Shown here piece by piece: positions 25,348 through 38,262 of a stretch of DNA of 64,000 nucleotides (within the stretch, counting starts at the first letter, position 1; each line of letters starts with the position of its first letter). The notes beneath the pieces are model-generated. The model had not been told where the DNA came from. It did not search any database and was given only the letters and a program-made list of their open reading frames with translations. The position numbers and the translations under genes were made by a program. Origin of the DNA: Camelus dromedarius (taxonomy: Eukaryota); the NCBI RefSeq assembly GCF_036321535.1, contig NC_087436.1, forward strand, positions 70,620,001 through 70,684,000. Reading direction: 5' to 3'.

Positions 25348-26259
25348 GTAGGGAATCGGCAGTATGGTGGTCTGTGAATGTCCTACTTGTGTTTTCATGC
25401 TGTGAGTTGGCTGTCACAATTTATTCAATTAGAATTACATAGTTACCAACCTTCTTTAAAACATGAGGTACAGTCATCCATGCAAATGAGCTGACATCTA
25501 CATTTGAGATTTTCATAAAGTAAATTTTATGTTAGAATAAGACATATTTTCCTTTTTTCCTAAACATTTTCAGTTCTTAAAAGTGATATATGTTAAATAT
25601 TCTTTAACATGTTCAGTTCACTGTATTAACTTAAACTTTATCTCTTAGAATGTTTAATATATTCATTCTGGAAATTCGAATGTCCATATACTAAATTGTT
25701 TCAGAAATAATGAGTTCTATAAACTAATGTATAATAAATGGATAATGCATTTTCCCCCCCGGGTATCAGAAAATACCTGTTTTAATGGTTTTCTTATCTT
25801 GTGGGAAGAAATGATACACATACTAAAATGCATTAGCAACTGTTACTGCAGAGTATCTAGGACTTTGGAATTATGACCATACACTCATTACAACTTTAAT
25901 GTCATTACACACATTCTAGACATGACAAAACTCCAAACTAGTCCCATAGTAGGAGAAATACTATTAGAATATAGGATCGATGATTTCTGCTTTTGTGTCT
26001 TTCTAGCTTACTGTTTTCCCACATGTTTTGTTTTTGCTTCGTTGCTTGATTTGTTAGCTTCTCCATGTGTTAAATGCAGAACAGTGCATGAGTTATGGAA
26101 GTTCTGTTTGATGATTACTCAGATGGTTACTTAATCTGGGAGCACTGGCAAATAGCTGTGATGTTTTTCCCCCTTGCGGCAACTGAGCATCTCAGTGGGT
26201 TCTTTTATTTATTTTTTTGTATGTTTATATTTTCTTAAAAAAATTCTTCCTCCTAAGAT

Positions 26260-26700
26260 GTATCAGTTAGAAATTCTTTAGGCTGCAAATGACAGAAAAT
26301 CCGATTTACAATGGCTTAAACAATTTAGGGTTTATTTTGTTCACATACTAGGAAATTTGGAGGTAGGTAGTTGCTGGAGTTGGTTTAGCTTAACTGCTTA
26401 ATGATAAATCAAGTACCAAGGCTCTTGCTTTGCGGTCTTAAGATGGTTACTGCTGTCACCTGCAGTGATCTCGTCATACTCAAGCCAGGAAGGAGGCAGG
26501 TAATGTTAGCTATGTCTGTCTCTTTTAACAGGTGTTCTAAAGCTTTCCCTTTTCCTTTTATCTCATGGATCAGGACTGTCCATCCTTATCTGCGGGGGAG
26601 GCTGGGAAAGTGACTTTGACTTTCCAGCCTCTATAGTGGGAGGTCCAAGAAAAAATGAGGCTGTGGCCGGTCACGCCCACTACAGGTGATATGCCGGCAC
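26260..26700. mobile_element. MLT1-type (MaLR) LTR relic
   Basis: TGTATCAGTTAG...GGCTGCAAATGACAGAAAATCC...ATGGCTTAAACAA...GGGAGGCTGGGAAA motifs typical of old MLT1 subfamilies. Confidence 0.6.
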
Positions 26701-27637
26701 TTTGTATTGCCCTCCCCTCAACCCCACAACCCCCAGACCATTACATGTTGTTTGTTGAATCGCTTTTAAAAATTCCTGTCTAGGAGAAGAGATCTAGTAG
26801 CAATCTTTAAGAACAGGCAAGGATATTGAACAGGGGCCATCTTCTCTCCTGGAGACAAAAGAATTTGAGTTACGAGGTATGAGAAGCTTAGGCTGTGTGT
26901 AAAGGACTTTCAGATCATCAGCTAGGTTAGAAGAATGGAGCGATTGACAAAGAGGATTATGTACCTCTGGAAGCCCCTTCTTTGAGTTTTTGCATAAAAG
27001 ACATGGAGCATTTGCTGGATGCTTTAGTTCTGGTCTGAGTATTGCCTTGTTAAAAGATGGCTTAGTTACTGTCCTGCCTAAAGATAGACAGATGATCACC
27101 TGCTTCAAGCCCTTTGCTTTATGTGTTGCCAGTATAACTCAGGACTCAGATTTTTCTTTTTTTTTTTTAATAGCTAACATTATTTGTGTGTTTGAGAGCT
27201 ACAGTGTTTGAGTCTTAACCTAGTCTTAACACTCAGCTTGAACTTTTCCTTCTTGAATTATAAGCAGTAGTTTGTCGCAGTAGCTTCTATTTCAGGGAAT
27301 GATCTTCAGTATATATTTCTCTAAAACATTTTCATCTGGCTTCCATAGCAACTATAACATACCAGTGGGAGGTGAAAGGCAATGTTGTTTTACGGTCATT
27401 GATAGAAAGAAATTGTAGAAAAGAAACACAGCTGTTTTCTCATGCCTCTACCTATATTCTTTGGGTTCATAATATGAATACTGAAATATTTGGGAACAAG
27501 CTGAGCAATAGGAAATGTGAGACTATGGTTATAGTCACACTAAAGTGGATTATGGGTTGCCTTCTTCAGGCTCAGCATGACGTGAGGCATATGTGGTGTT
27601 CCCTTGCAGGATCAGCGCCTCTCTCATTGTTTTTCAG

Positions 27638-27792
27638 GTGTTCCATGACATTGCTTATAAAGCAAAAGACAGGCAGGACCTGATCGCTGGCATTGATGAG
27701 TTCCTGGATGAAGTCATTGTCCTTCCGCCTGGGGAATGGGATCCAGCGATCAGGATAGAGCCTCCGAAGAGCCTTCCATCGTCTGACAAGAG
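27638..27792 (+). CDS. SLC4A4: SLC4A4 coding exon (approx. exon 10), 155 nt: [51 protein letters not shown](R)
   Basis: Acceptor ttgtttttcag|GTG and donor AG|gtaaaa. Contains the VLPPGEWDP motif of SLC4 transporters. Confidence 0.97.
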
Positions 27793-28422
27793 GTAAAATT
27801 ATCAGGCTGTTGGGAGGTTTCATCCTTAAGAAGGAGATTGTGTTTGGAAAAGGAAAGAGGTTCAGGCTGCTGCCCTAATAATTTCAAGTTTCCATTTAAC
27901 TTAAGGTGTATTATCCCCAGGGAATCACACATGTGCCTTGGTCTGACATTCTGTAGACACCGTGAAATGAATGTTATATGTTGTGATGTTCCTCAGTGAT
28001 TACAAATTAGAAAGCTCAGATGATGATATTGCAGGACATCACAGAGATTCTCTCGGGATGTTCTGGGGACTCCCGGCACCTGTGGAAGCATCAGTTTACT
28101 CAAGATGAGTCTCTAGATTTAAGAGGTCAAGCAGTTGAGTGAGATCATTGAGGAGAAGCCATTTTCTGGGAATCTGTGATTTCCCAGGTGGAACAGTTTC
28201 CCTTCTATACCACATAAAATTCAGCTTTTCTATTCATCTGGTCATTTGTCTTCACTCTAAATAGAATACTTTAAAAGCTGTCTGTTAGGATGGCAGAAGG
28301 AAATAGCCATCTTTATCCAAAGGGTTTTCAATCCTTCTCTTTGTTAGCTAGTGCATGACACAGCCAAGCAGCAGGTGAATGAAACCCACTAATATTCGCT
28401 TGGGCTCTGTTGTCTTGCTCAG

Positions 28423-28536
28423 AAAGAATCTGTACTCAGGTGGAGAGAATGTTCAGATGAACGGGGACACGCCCCATGATGGCGGCCACGGAGGAGGAGG
28501 ACACGCGGATTGTGAGGAATTGCAGCGAACCGGAAG
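28423..28536 (+). CDS. SLC4A4: SLC4A4 coding exon (approx. exon 11), 114 nt: (R)[37 protein letters not shown](R)
   Basis: Acceptor ttgtcttgctcag|A and donor AG|gtaact. Encodes the Gly/His-rich linker characteristic of NBCe1; phase 2 at both ends. Missed by the ORF track. Confidence 0.96.
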
Positions 28537-29989
28537 GTAACTGATGGAGCCTTCTGTCTTCCATGATGAGGTTCTGTTCCCATCTGAATTTCCCTTCATC
28601 TTTGTATCAGCATTTTATTCACCAGTTTGGACATTTGGTCAGCCAAAAGATATTTATGGTGTACTGAATAAATCACAGGCCCTTGGGAGGCAGCAGTGAA
28701 TTGAAAGAAAAAAAATCCCTGTTCGTTTGGGTTTTAGTTTGTTGTGGTGGGAGACTAACAATAAGCAAATAATGAAATGTGGTTCTGGTTTTATGGAGCA
28801 AAATAAAGCAGAAGTAGGAAGTTTTGCCATGGAAGAAAGGAATTACCATTTTACATAGCAGGGTCAGAGAAAGTCTTAAAGAGAATTCCAGCATTGGAGG
28901 AAAGTGTTGAAGAAGACTGGAGACAGACCCTGTAGATGTGGGGAGGGAGAGGGAACAGCAGAGTGCTTGGTGTGTGCTGGGTCTGCACTGAGGCTGGACT
29001 GGTGTGAGTGAGGGATATTAGAAAGAGAGACGGTGTGTGTGATGGGAAGCCTGAGTACTGTACCAGTGTTCCCCGCTTGGCTTTCATGATTCCATCTCTT
29101 CCTGGTCCATTTACTCAAGTGGGTAACAGTGCAGAAACAAGCAACTCCCAGGCCACTGTCTCCTGGTCCTGCAGTTGGGAATTCAGGTTCCTCAGATCAT
29201 TTTGGCTAAATTTCTTTTCGTTAGAATGATTCCTTCTCCACTGTTAGGTTCCCCATTTCATCTTGGGCTAACTAAAAATTTAAGTAGGGAATTCATTTTG
29301 TGAAGATATGACTTTTTAAAAACACTGCAGGGTTTTTTAAAAACACAGAAGTATGTCATTTTAATATGCAGTTGAATCTGAATGAAATTTTCTTAACCTG
29401 ATGACCCACCTGGGTTTCGCTCCCAAATTAAGAGGATGTTATTTCTCTCTCCTTCCTTCTTAAAGACTAAAGAACATAGAACCATCTCTCTCTCCCATTT
29501 TTTTTTTTCTGAATAGTTCTTTATAAACTATTTCCATTAGGGATATCCTTTTCCTTTTCTGTAGATAAAATTTCTAGGATTTAACTTTTTTCTTTAACCA
29601 GACTGTAATTTTATTCTTGCTTTTGCACCTTTCCTAAATGCACTGTGTCTGCGGTATGCCCGGTACCATGCAGGGCCCTGTGAGGACCAGGAAGACTGAA
29701 GCAGGGCACTGAGCACAGCTAAGACAGGCAGGCAGACAATCCTGAGAAAGTGTGGTAGCCCCTAGTGCAAGTGGCCTACTAGTGGAGGGTCAGAACTTCA
29801 GGGATGTTGAGCTCTGAGGAAGGGCATCGTAGGCAGAACGCACCGCAGGGAGCAGGCTGAGATGGGAGGTTTGGTTGGGAGGGTGAATTGACAGATGCAC
29901 AAGTCGGCTGACCTGCTAACGACTGTGATGGGGCTCAGCTTTCAGTGCTTCCCACCACCCTGCCCCCGCCCCACACACCTGTGTGGCGC

Positions 29990-30293
29990 CCTCAGTTCCT
30001 GCCAGTCCTCCCCTCAAAGTCGCCTGCTTGGGAGGCCTGTTCTGGCCACTCTCATGTTTCAACCACAGCAACCCTAGCAGTTCAAAACCTGCCTCCCCAC
30101 TTAGTTTTTTCTTTGATTTTTAGCACCATGCATTTTACTTACTTTGTCTCCCCCACACAGAAAGTACCTCCATGAGGGTGGGATTTTTCCCCCTGTGTTG
30201 TTCACTGCTGTGTTTCCAGCACCCAGCACAGGGCTGGGCGTATCACAGGTGCCCAGCAAATGTGTGTGAAGTGAACGAGTGAATGATGAATGA
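29990..30293 (+). mobile_element. L2 LINE 3' end
   Basis: CTCCATGAGGGTGGG...TTGTTCACTGCTGTGTTTCCAGCACCCAGCACAGGGCTGGGC...GTGAATGATGAATGA. Confidence 0.7.
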
Positions 30294-30638
30294 GGCTGGA
30301 AGGGAAGCTATGGCAAGATTATAAAGGGCCTCGTGTGGCCTCACATGTTGGGATGTTTTTCTTCAGACAAGAAATTTAATTCATCTACACAATTCACTCT
30401 CACCTAAAGACCAACTGTCTAGCTTCTAGGGAATGTGACACCCAGGTTGGTGACTGAAAAAGAGACAGAAGATTTATTCCTTCTATAATTTTCTGGTTTT
30501 TATCTTAAGTGGTTAAATAGTATCTTGTTGTTTCAAATGCTTTAAATACAAATTCTTCGTGGTTTATTAAATGACCTGTTGGTTAATTTAACGGTCACTT
30601 AGTTCACGTTGTCACGTGTTTGCTTTCTCCCTACCCAG

Positions 30639-30813
30639 GTTCTGTGGTGGACTAATTAAGGACATTAAGAGGAAAGCACCATTTTTTGCCAGTGATTTTT
30701 ATGATGCTTTAAATATTCAGGCTCTTTCAGCAATTCTCTTCATTTATCTGGCGACTGTAACTAATGCCATCACTTTTGGAGGACTGCTTGGGGATGCCAC
30801 TGACAACATGCAG
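30639..30813 (+). CDS. SLC4A4: SLC4A4 coding exon (approx. exon 12), 175 nt, includes TM1: (R)[58 protein letters not shown]
   Basis: Acceptor ctttctccctacccag|G and donor CAG|gtgggt. Contains the anion-exchanger family signature region (F.GGL..D..R ... AITFGGLL). Confidence 0.97.
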
Positions 30814-31454
30814 GTGGGTTCGGTTTGGGGAAGATACAAATAGTACAGCCCAGACCGCCGTCCTCAGCCCTGCAGCTCCGCGAGCAGCAGATGGCCTTTC
30901 GGTTACTCAGCGTGATTTTCTTTCTTTTGCTGGATGCTGCATTTTACTTTGCTTCTGGCCTGCTGCTGTATTTCCAGCGTTTCAGTAACTGCAAAAATAG
31001 CTCGATGAAATCTGGCTTGAGTCACAAGTGGGGAAAAGAAGGGAAGGAAATGAGGATATACAATTCTATTTGGGCAAAAGCACATCAGCTGCTTTAATTT
31101 TGTGCCGAGTGCAAGGTTTAGGTCTTCTGTTACCTTGAAAGTACGGACCGTATACTGTTAAACTTGACCACACTCTTCCAGGAATGCCTGGTGAGCTTCA
31201 TTTCACAGGTGAGCAAACGACTGAGTGATTTGCTCTGGGCTAGCTTTACGTCTCTATTGGTAGAACTCAGCTTTAAGGAATAAAAGGGAAGAGTCGTTTT
31301 TGCTGTACCTGAATCTGCCTCTCATTAGTCTGTGAAGACTCTGGCTTGACTTATTTTGTACCAACCTATATTTGTTGGTTACTTCGCAGGTAGTATTCAC
31401 CCTCGTTTTGTCTCAATAATAATCTTTTCTATCACTGAAACTTCAGCTATTTTA

Positions 31455-31550
31455 GGAGGGTGGGTACAGCTCAGTGGTAGAGCACAGGCTTGGCATGCGA
31501 GAGTTCCTGGGTTCAATCTCTGGCACCTCCATTATAAAAGAAAAAAGAAA
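31455..31550 (+). mobile_element. tRNA-derived SINE (Vic-1-like), sense orientation
   Basis: GGGTACAGCTCAGTGGTAGAGC (A box) ... GGGTTCAATCTCTGGCACCTCCA (B box), followed by an A-rich tail. Confidence 0.88.
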
Positions 31551-31954
31551 GATATTTTAAATTCCCTCAGTTGATCCAGTCATTAAGGGAAAATAGGCAT
31601 TGTGCTAGGTTCTGAGTATACAGTAGTGAATGAGGCTGATCTTACGAAAAGAACCGGATTCAAGCCCTTTTCAAACTCTGTCCCTCTGTTACTTCTTATT
31701 ACTGTTTAACCTACGTGACATTCATAAGTGCTGCCAACCAGCTTATTTAAAAAAAAAAATACAGCTGATTCCAAAAGATTGCTTTTCCTCTACTTCTGTT
31801 TTCTCCCCTGGGCACATTCATGTTTTAGGTTTCTGCTTAAACACAAAAATAAGATGGAGACACTCTATGACATCTAGGTTGATCCAAGCAAAAAGGGAGA
31901 AATCACTTTAAACAATTGCGTTTCATTTATTAAGAGCACTTTTCTCTTTCAGCC

Positions 31955-32335
31955 TCTGTCTCTGGCTGTGTAGCATGTTACCCCAAAACCAGAGGCTTCA
32001 AACAACCATTTGTATTATTCTCTCTCCTGGTTTTGGTGGTTGATGGACTCAGCCGGGTGGTTTTCTTTGGTTCTCTCAGACTTGTTGTGAGATGGCAGCT
32101 GGGGTTGGAGTTGCCTGAAGGGGTCTGCACTCACATGTCTGGTGCCTAGGCTGGGATGTCTGGAACAGCTGGGGACTGAGGACTCCCCACGTGACTTTTC
32201 CACAGGGCTGGCTTGGGCTTTGTCACAGCTGAGGACTGTGATGACTCTGAAGAGCTCCTGCACCGTTGTAGGGGGGAAGAGTCGCCACTCGGCTTTGCTT
32301 TTTTCCCATGTGAAGATGCACTTGGCATTACTGCA
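31955..32335. mobile_element. MLT1-type (MaLR) LTR relic
   Basis: GCTGTGTAGCATGTTACCCCAAAAC...GGCTTCAAACAAC...CTCAGCCGGGTGGTT...CACTCACATGTCTGG motifs. Confidence 0.6.
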
Positions 32336-33976
32336 TTTTCTGATTCTTCCATGAAATTCTGGTGATTTTTAAATATTGGCAACTGATGAGCATTTAAAAA
32401 ATTACATTGTACTGGCCAGAAAGCACATCTCCGTGTGTCCTCAGGCCTGGGGAATAGACACCAAGCACAGCAGGACTGAGTGAAGTATGCGAAGAGGGTG
32501 CGTTTTTTCCTCATTCATAAGAAGGAGTGAATAAATTAAATGATAACAGTGATGTCAGTCATGGTATTCTTACAGAATCTGATCCACATCCAATTGGGCA
32601 GCTATTCTACGTCTAAATGAGAGTGAAATGGTAACTAAAGCACATGATGTGAGAGAACAAGTGGGAAAGAAAGCACTGGGGAGGCTCCCTGAGGCCAGCG
32701 CAAGGAAGGTAATACCTGCTGCCACGTGTTAAGAAAATCAAAGAAAGCTGGCTTGTGAGAGGGTGGCAAGAACACAGCTTCCTTCTGTCTTTCAGAATAT
32801 ATAGCGACTTTCTTGTGAAGATAATTTTTCAACACATTTTTTTCCAAAGATGTTCTTCTCATTGAGGTGGAGACATTATGCCACTCCTTATGTGTTCGTT
32901 TATTTTAAAACTGAATCCAACTCCTTTTCAAATTCATAAGACGTAGCGGTAAATCACTGCATCTGAGACGAGGAAGAAGTCTGTTCAAGTCTGTTGTTGC
33001 TCCCTCCTAGGTGAGATAATTTCCCTACGAGCAAGTCCTGTATAGTAAAGGGCTGTGTTGTGTGACAAATGTAGTTACCATGGTGTTTCCTCCATTATCA
33101 GTGTCGTTGGAAATGCCCTGCTGGTGGAGCGAGCTGTTTCCTGGGTTCTGAAGATTTTAGGAGAAATAGACATGCTTTCATTGCATCAGGATGTCCATTA
33201 AAATGACCATTTATTGGGTGTTACTCCTGGAAGTCGACTGAATTCAAAGTATCTAATTCAAAACTATCAGGATAATTTGCCAGCCACCATTTGATCATTT
33301 TATTAATAGATTTTGTAACCTCCATTGATAGTTTTCACTGAAACTGTGAATTCGTTATTTTAAAAATTTCTCTGAATAAAAATATTGATGGACGTATTTT
33401 CCTCTCATTTCTGAAGACTTTTTCCTTTAAGAAATGTATTGGTGAAATACTGCAGTGTGGGTACTTCCAGTGGGTGGCAGAAACACTGAAAAAACAAGGA
33501 TAAAAAACTAGTGATTGTTCACAGATACTTGTTGAACTGAACAGTCTTATAAATTTCTTTTGGGTGGGATAATATCAACATAAGGGTTATATCTGAGCAC
33601 TGGATTTGTGGATGTAAAATAATTTGTAGAAATATAAATTGACTAGTGCATGCACATGCATGCCCAGCTTGATAGGTACACAATAATTTTACATATTCTA
33701 GTACTTAAATATGGAAACATTTTACCTGTAGTCATCGTGTTAGGTTTTCTTGCGATGGTAGGTGACTTAGGTTGGTATATCTATTTTGAAGACCAGGGAG
33801 TAAGGTGATTTAATATGTTGCAGGGCGTCTCAAGACTGAAAGGGTATGCATTTTGACGTTCAGGGGTTTTGATGTTCTGGCAGTAGATGTCGTCTTGATT
33901 TGGCATCAGGAAAGCAGAGTATTTTGTGGTTTTGGTGCGAAGGCCCAGGTTATTTCACAGGTCTAAGGCAGACGTT

Positions 33977-34105
33977 GATTCATTCCTTTGCAAATTTTTA
34001 TTGAGTGTCTCCTGTGTGCCAGACACTATTTTAAGTGCTGGGGATACAGATAATGTGACCAAAGTAGGTTAAGAATCCCTGTTTTGTTGTATTTACAGTC
34101 TAGAG
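33977..34105 (-). mobile_element. L2 LINE 3' end, antisense
   Basis: ATTCATTC...TTTATTGAGTGTCTCCTGTGTGCCAGACACTATTTTAAGTGCTGGGGATACAG. Confidence 0.65.
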
Positions 34106-34575
34106 TGTTGATACAGCAATCCTTTTTTATGCCCCTAAGAGATAACAGGAGTGGGTGTGGTGGGCTTATTTGTGGGGGTGTGGAGTTGAAGTCCTCTGGC
34201 TTCCTTTGACTTTCTAAACACTAGATCAAGGCTAAGCAGAAAAGCATTGGCACAGCCTGGAATAATCTTCAGTTATATCACGTGCCTTCGTAAATGTGGC
34301 AGTGGGTTATTCTCAAAAGCACAGGCAGCTCAAATGAGTCAACTGAGAACAGCATCCTTGCTTTTTAAGGCAGGCAGCTCAGAGATGGTTCACATAGGGC
34401 CTTTATTGTGAGGCTACAAATAGACATGGGTGCTGGGGAGAAGCATGTTGTGAAAACACAGATGAGTCACCGCACTGGTGTCGTTCAAGCAAACTCTTCT
34501 GCCAGCTTCTGTTCAGGAGGTCTTGCCTGCTCAGAGACAGGGATTTACATTTAAGCATTTGTTTCAGAGCAGAAA

Positions 34576-34710
34576 CATATATATATACTGAGTTATATAT
34601 ATTTAGTAATCATATATATGTACGTATCATACATTCTGTGTGTATATACACACACATTGTATATACGTATATATGTCATACTTATATACATACATATACA
34701 CACACATATA
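34576..34710. repeat. (TA)n/(CA)n compound simple repeat
   Basis: Runs of atatatat, tgtgtgtatatacacacaca and tatacatacatatacacacaca. Confidence 0.75.
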
Positions 34711-36374
34711 CCTCTTTAGAAGCAGATCTTGGGAGCCATGTGGATCATTTCCCATGAAACTGTGTTCAACATAAAACAGTTGAGGCTACAATGGCTCCAA
34801 ATATAATCCAATTTTAATGGGAACATAGACAACTGTACGAGTCCCCCAACTTGTCATGTACATCGTGCTTCTCTGAGAGGACTCTGAGGCTTTCAGAGGG
34901 GTTTCATGGATTCCTTGTTAAGTGCGGGCAGTTAAAGTTGTGCTTGGGCTTCTGGGTGTAACTAAACTGCTTTGCCAAGAGTTGACCTTATGTTCGTCTA
35001 GGATCTAGCCCTGGCCTGTGACTGGTTCCTGTTCAACAGAGGACAAGAGCATAGGCTTTCTGAGGTCCAGGAATTGTGCAATCCTCTTGTCCTTTTCAGT
35101 AAGTCCCACTTAATACTGCCCTGTTTCACCTTACCATGCTGTCAACAAGGGCTTTTAGCTTCAGCATCCTAAAAACATGTCCTTTCCACAACTAATCTCT
35201 CTGAGACCATGCATGTGAACTTTGCATTGTATTTATATTCTTGGTTGCCAAGTAGGCATACTGTTCTATTCATTTAGATGCTTTTAATTAAATTGTTAAA
35301 TGTCAATTTAACAAATACTTATGGATAGCTTAGCCTATGGGTAGGACACTGATATAAGGAATACTTTTTTCATACTTTGTGGCCAGTCTTTGTGTTATTT
35401 AAAAGTTCTTAGCTTTATGGAACACAGAAAAGTGCCTTAATTTAAATCAACATTGTTGATTTTGAATGAGCACAGTGTAGAGAGAAGATCAAGTGAAGAA
35501 AGTCATTTAAATTTTTTTTTCAGGAGTAAATATAATTCTATTTTCACAAGACTTTTAGCAAAAGAATACAGTAAGGTTTTCAGAATTCTCTGAATTTCCA
35601 GATATTTATGGAGCCTAACAGCACATTTTAAGGGAACTGATTTCATAATAAGCAACATTTATAGCTGGCATCTCCGAATTTGAGGCTTTATTTTAACATC
35701 CTGCTGGGCTGAGACTATTGAATCAATCTCCTTGAGTTGGAAGTGGATCATTTCTTATTCAAATATGATATTCCTCAATAATATAGACAAATCTTTATGA
35801 AGCTTATCACGTGCAATTTATAACAGCAGAATTAAAGCAACTGATAATGGCTTTACTACATGAGGACTGTATACTAATTTCACCTTACCTGAATGTAATA
35901 TAATGGTGCCAAAGTGCATTTCTTCCTTGAAGTGAAAATAAAAGGTAGCATGTTAATCTGCACCAGAAACCTATTCCAGTTTCAAAAAGTTAGGTAGCCT
36001 GTTGGAATGATCCAATTAGGTTGTTTTGGTAAGCAAAAATAAATGTCTTTTTAGTGACAAACTAGAGGACTGCATTGCTTACTTGCCTCCAAGGTGTACT
36101 GGTCATTCTTTTTCCCTGGAAGGAGATTTAAATAATTTGCTTCATTTTCTGTACAAGTTTTGTTCAATTGAAGTTAAGTGATTTTTTTTTAAAACCAAAT
36201 TTCACTTACTAGAAAGAACCTTCTTTGGTTGTTTTTTTTTGTTTGAAAGACCTTTGTCAACCTTATTTTCTTGGTGATCAGAAAATGATACCATTTGGGC
36301 AGTGTTGGGGATCCCAAACACTGCTAAATTCTAAAATTATTTTGTGTTTGGCTTGAAATTACTTTAAAATGGCT

Positions 36375-37612
36375 TTATTTTTAATAAGATATAATTATGC
36401 ATTGTAGAAAATTCGAACAATACAGAAACACTACATAGAAGGTAATTTTGCCGTTGAAGCGATCACCTAGAAATAGCCATTATTAACATTTTCATGAATA
36501 TCTTTCCATACATCTTGCAATGCACGTGTAAACAGATCGGCACATAGGATTTTATGTAGATGAGATCATATGCCTTCTGTTTCATAACATGACTAGCATT
36601 TCATGAAAATCTTTCTTCTTCAGTTTGGATCTTGAACATCATTTTTAATGGCTGCCTCTATTTATACACATGATGCATGTGCTCTAATTTACTAAATAAA
36701 TTCTCTATTAGTAGACTTTCAGTTTTTTCCAGTATTTTTCATTTATAAACAAACCTGGTGCTTAACTGCATTTTCATTCTTTGTAATCACCTCAGAGTAG
36801 ATTCCTAGTAGAATGTGATTGCAGGATATATTTTATTTTTGATATTTATTTCAGATTACACTCCACAAAGGTTATACCAGTTTATACTTCTGCCAGTAAT
36901 GGACCAGAGTGCTGGCTTGCCCACACTCTTGCAAAAACAGAATTTGTTTCAGATTCTCATTTTTGTCATTCTTTGGGTTGAAAAAATGATGGCTTCTTCT
37001 TTTTTTTTTTAATGACTTTAAAAAAAAGCAATCTAGTTTTATTTGTTTACTTTGGTGGGGGGAGGTAATTAGGTTTATTTATTTAGTGGAGGCACTGGGG
37101 ATTGAACCCAGGATCTCATGCATGCTAGGCATGTGCTCTACCACTGAGCTGTACCCATCACTCCCCCCTTGGCTCATTCTTACTCAATTTCAATGTCTTT
37201 GATTTTTAGTGAGGGTTAATATCCTTCCGTTTTTATTGCTTACCTCTGCCTCTTTACATCTGTGCTCTTGGAATATTTTCCTTTTGGGCATTCATTTTCT
37301 TGTCTCATTGACTTGTAAGAACTGTTTGTATACTAAGGATATTTTCCCTTTGCTTATCCGAAATATCACAAATATATTTTTTCCTAGGTCTGCCTTATGT
37401 CTTTTAACCTTATTTGTGATTTCTTTTGCTATAAAGATTTCAATTTTTATGTAGTCAAAATCCCCAATCTTTTATAGTTTCTTATATTTGTTATATATTT
37501 AGAGAGGCTTTCCCACCCCAAGATTAGAAAAATATTTACCCACATATCTTTGTTCTTTTATGTTTTCATTTACATTTTTCGACCATCTGGAATTGATTTG
37601 TGTGTAAGGTTA
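36375..37612 (-). mobile_element. Ancient LINE-1 (L1M-like) fragment, antisense, interrupted by a SINE
   Basis: T-rich sequence with L1 antisense motifs (TATACCAGTTTATACTTCTGCCAG; TTTTTATGTAGTCAAA; CCATCTGGAATTGATTTGTGTGTAAGGT). Boundaries approximate. Confidence 0.65.
36999..37168 (-). mobile_element. tRNA-derived SINE (Vic-1-like, long-tail form) nested in an old L1
   Basis: Same core plus the GGGGGAGGTAATTAGGTTTATTTATTT tail segment also seen in the 4010 and 18829 copies. Degenerate TSD TGGCTTCTTCTT / TGGCTCATTCTT. Confidence 0.88.
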
Positions 37613-38089
37613 TACTGGTATTTGATGTTTGGGAACTTCAGCTGGTCTAGGTACGCATTCACAGCTCTTCAAACAAAACAGTATTTTAAAGCCTCCCTTT
37701 CTTGCTCATCCATTCCATTGGACTTGGAACTGAAGTTCTTTGGTAAAGACCTTGGCTCGTACTTTGCTTCAAGCAGAGAGATAATTTGTCTTTTAAGTCT
37801 TCCCTCTTTTTTCGGTTCCTGCTGGGCAGTGTAAACAGCAATCCTGTGGATGACGACCAAGCACTTTTAGGCAGACTAGATGGCAGTAAGGATTTGGCAG
37901 CTGTGATCTGTCAGGACAGAAATCACTGATTTATAGTCTGTAGCTACACAGGTGAAATAAAAAATGAGGGTTGTATATCCAGTCTTCTTCCCCAGTGTAG
38001 ATGAATGGTTTGTGTAACCACCGATCGATCATTGACAATGCTAGCAGGTGGTCCTTATTTTGAAAGAGGAAGGGAGGTTGCCTGAATGG

Positions 38090-38262
38090 CTACATCGCAT
38101 ATTTGGACCATCTGAGAATCACCTGGGGAACTTTGAAAAACTATGAATTCCCCAGTCCTGATCTTCAGAGATCCTGATTTAATTGTTCCGAGTGGAGGTA
38201 AAAAAATCAGTATTTTTTTCCCTTAAAAAAAATAAACCCTCCCAGATAATTCTCATGTGACC
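38090..38262. mobile_element. MER5-like hAT-Charlie MITE
   Basis: AGAATCACCTGGGGAACTTT...CAGAGATCCTGATTTAATTG...CCCAGATAATTCTCATGTG. Confidence 0.6.

Noticed and set aside
27601..27637. Upstream alternative acceptor (cccttgcag|G) for the 27638 exon
   Set aside because: It adds 28 nt and shifts the frame. The downstream acceptor gives the conserved protein.
31455..31530. tRNA gene
   Set aside because: It has A and B boxes, but also an A-rich tail and five diverged sibling copies, some with TSDs. It is a SINE, not a functional tRNA.
34330..34472. Pair of AP-1 (TGAGTCA) sites as an enhancer; also TGAGTCAGCA at about 51162
   Set aside because: About a dozen such heptamers occur across the window, roughly what chance would give. 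Not supportable without chromatin data.
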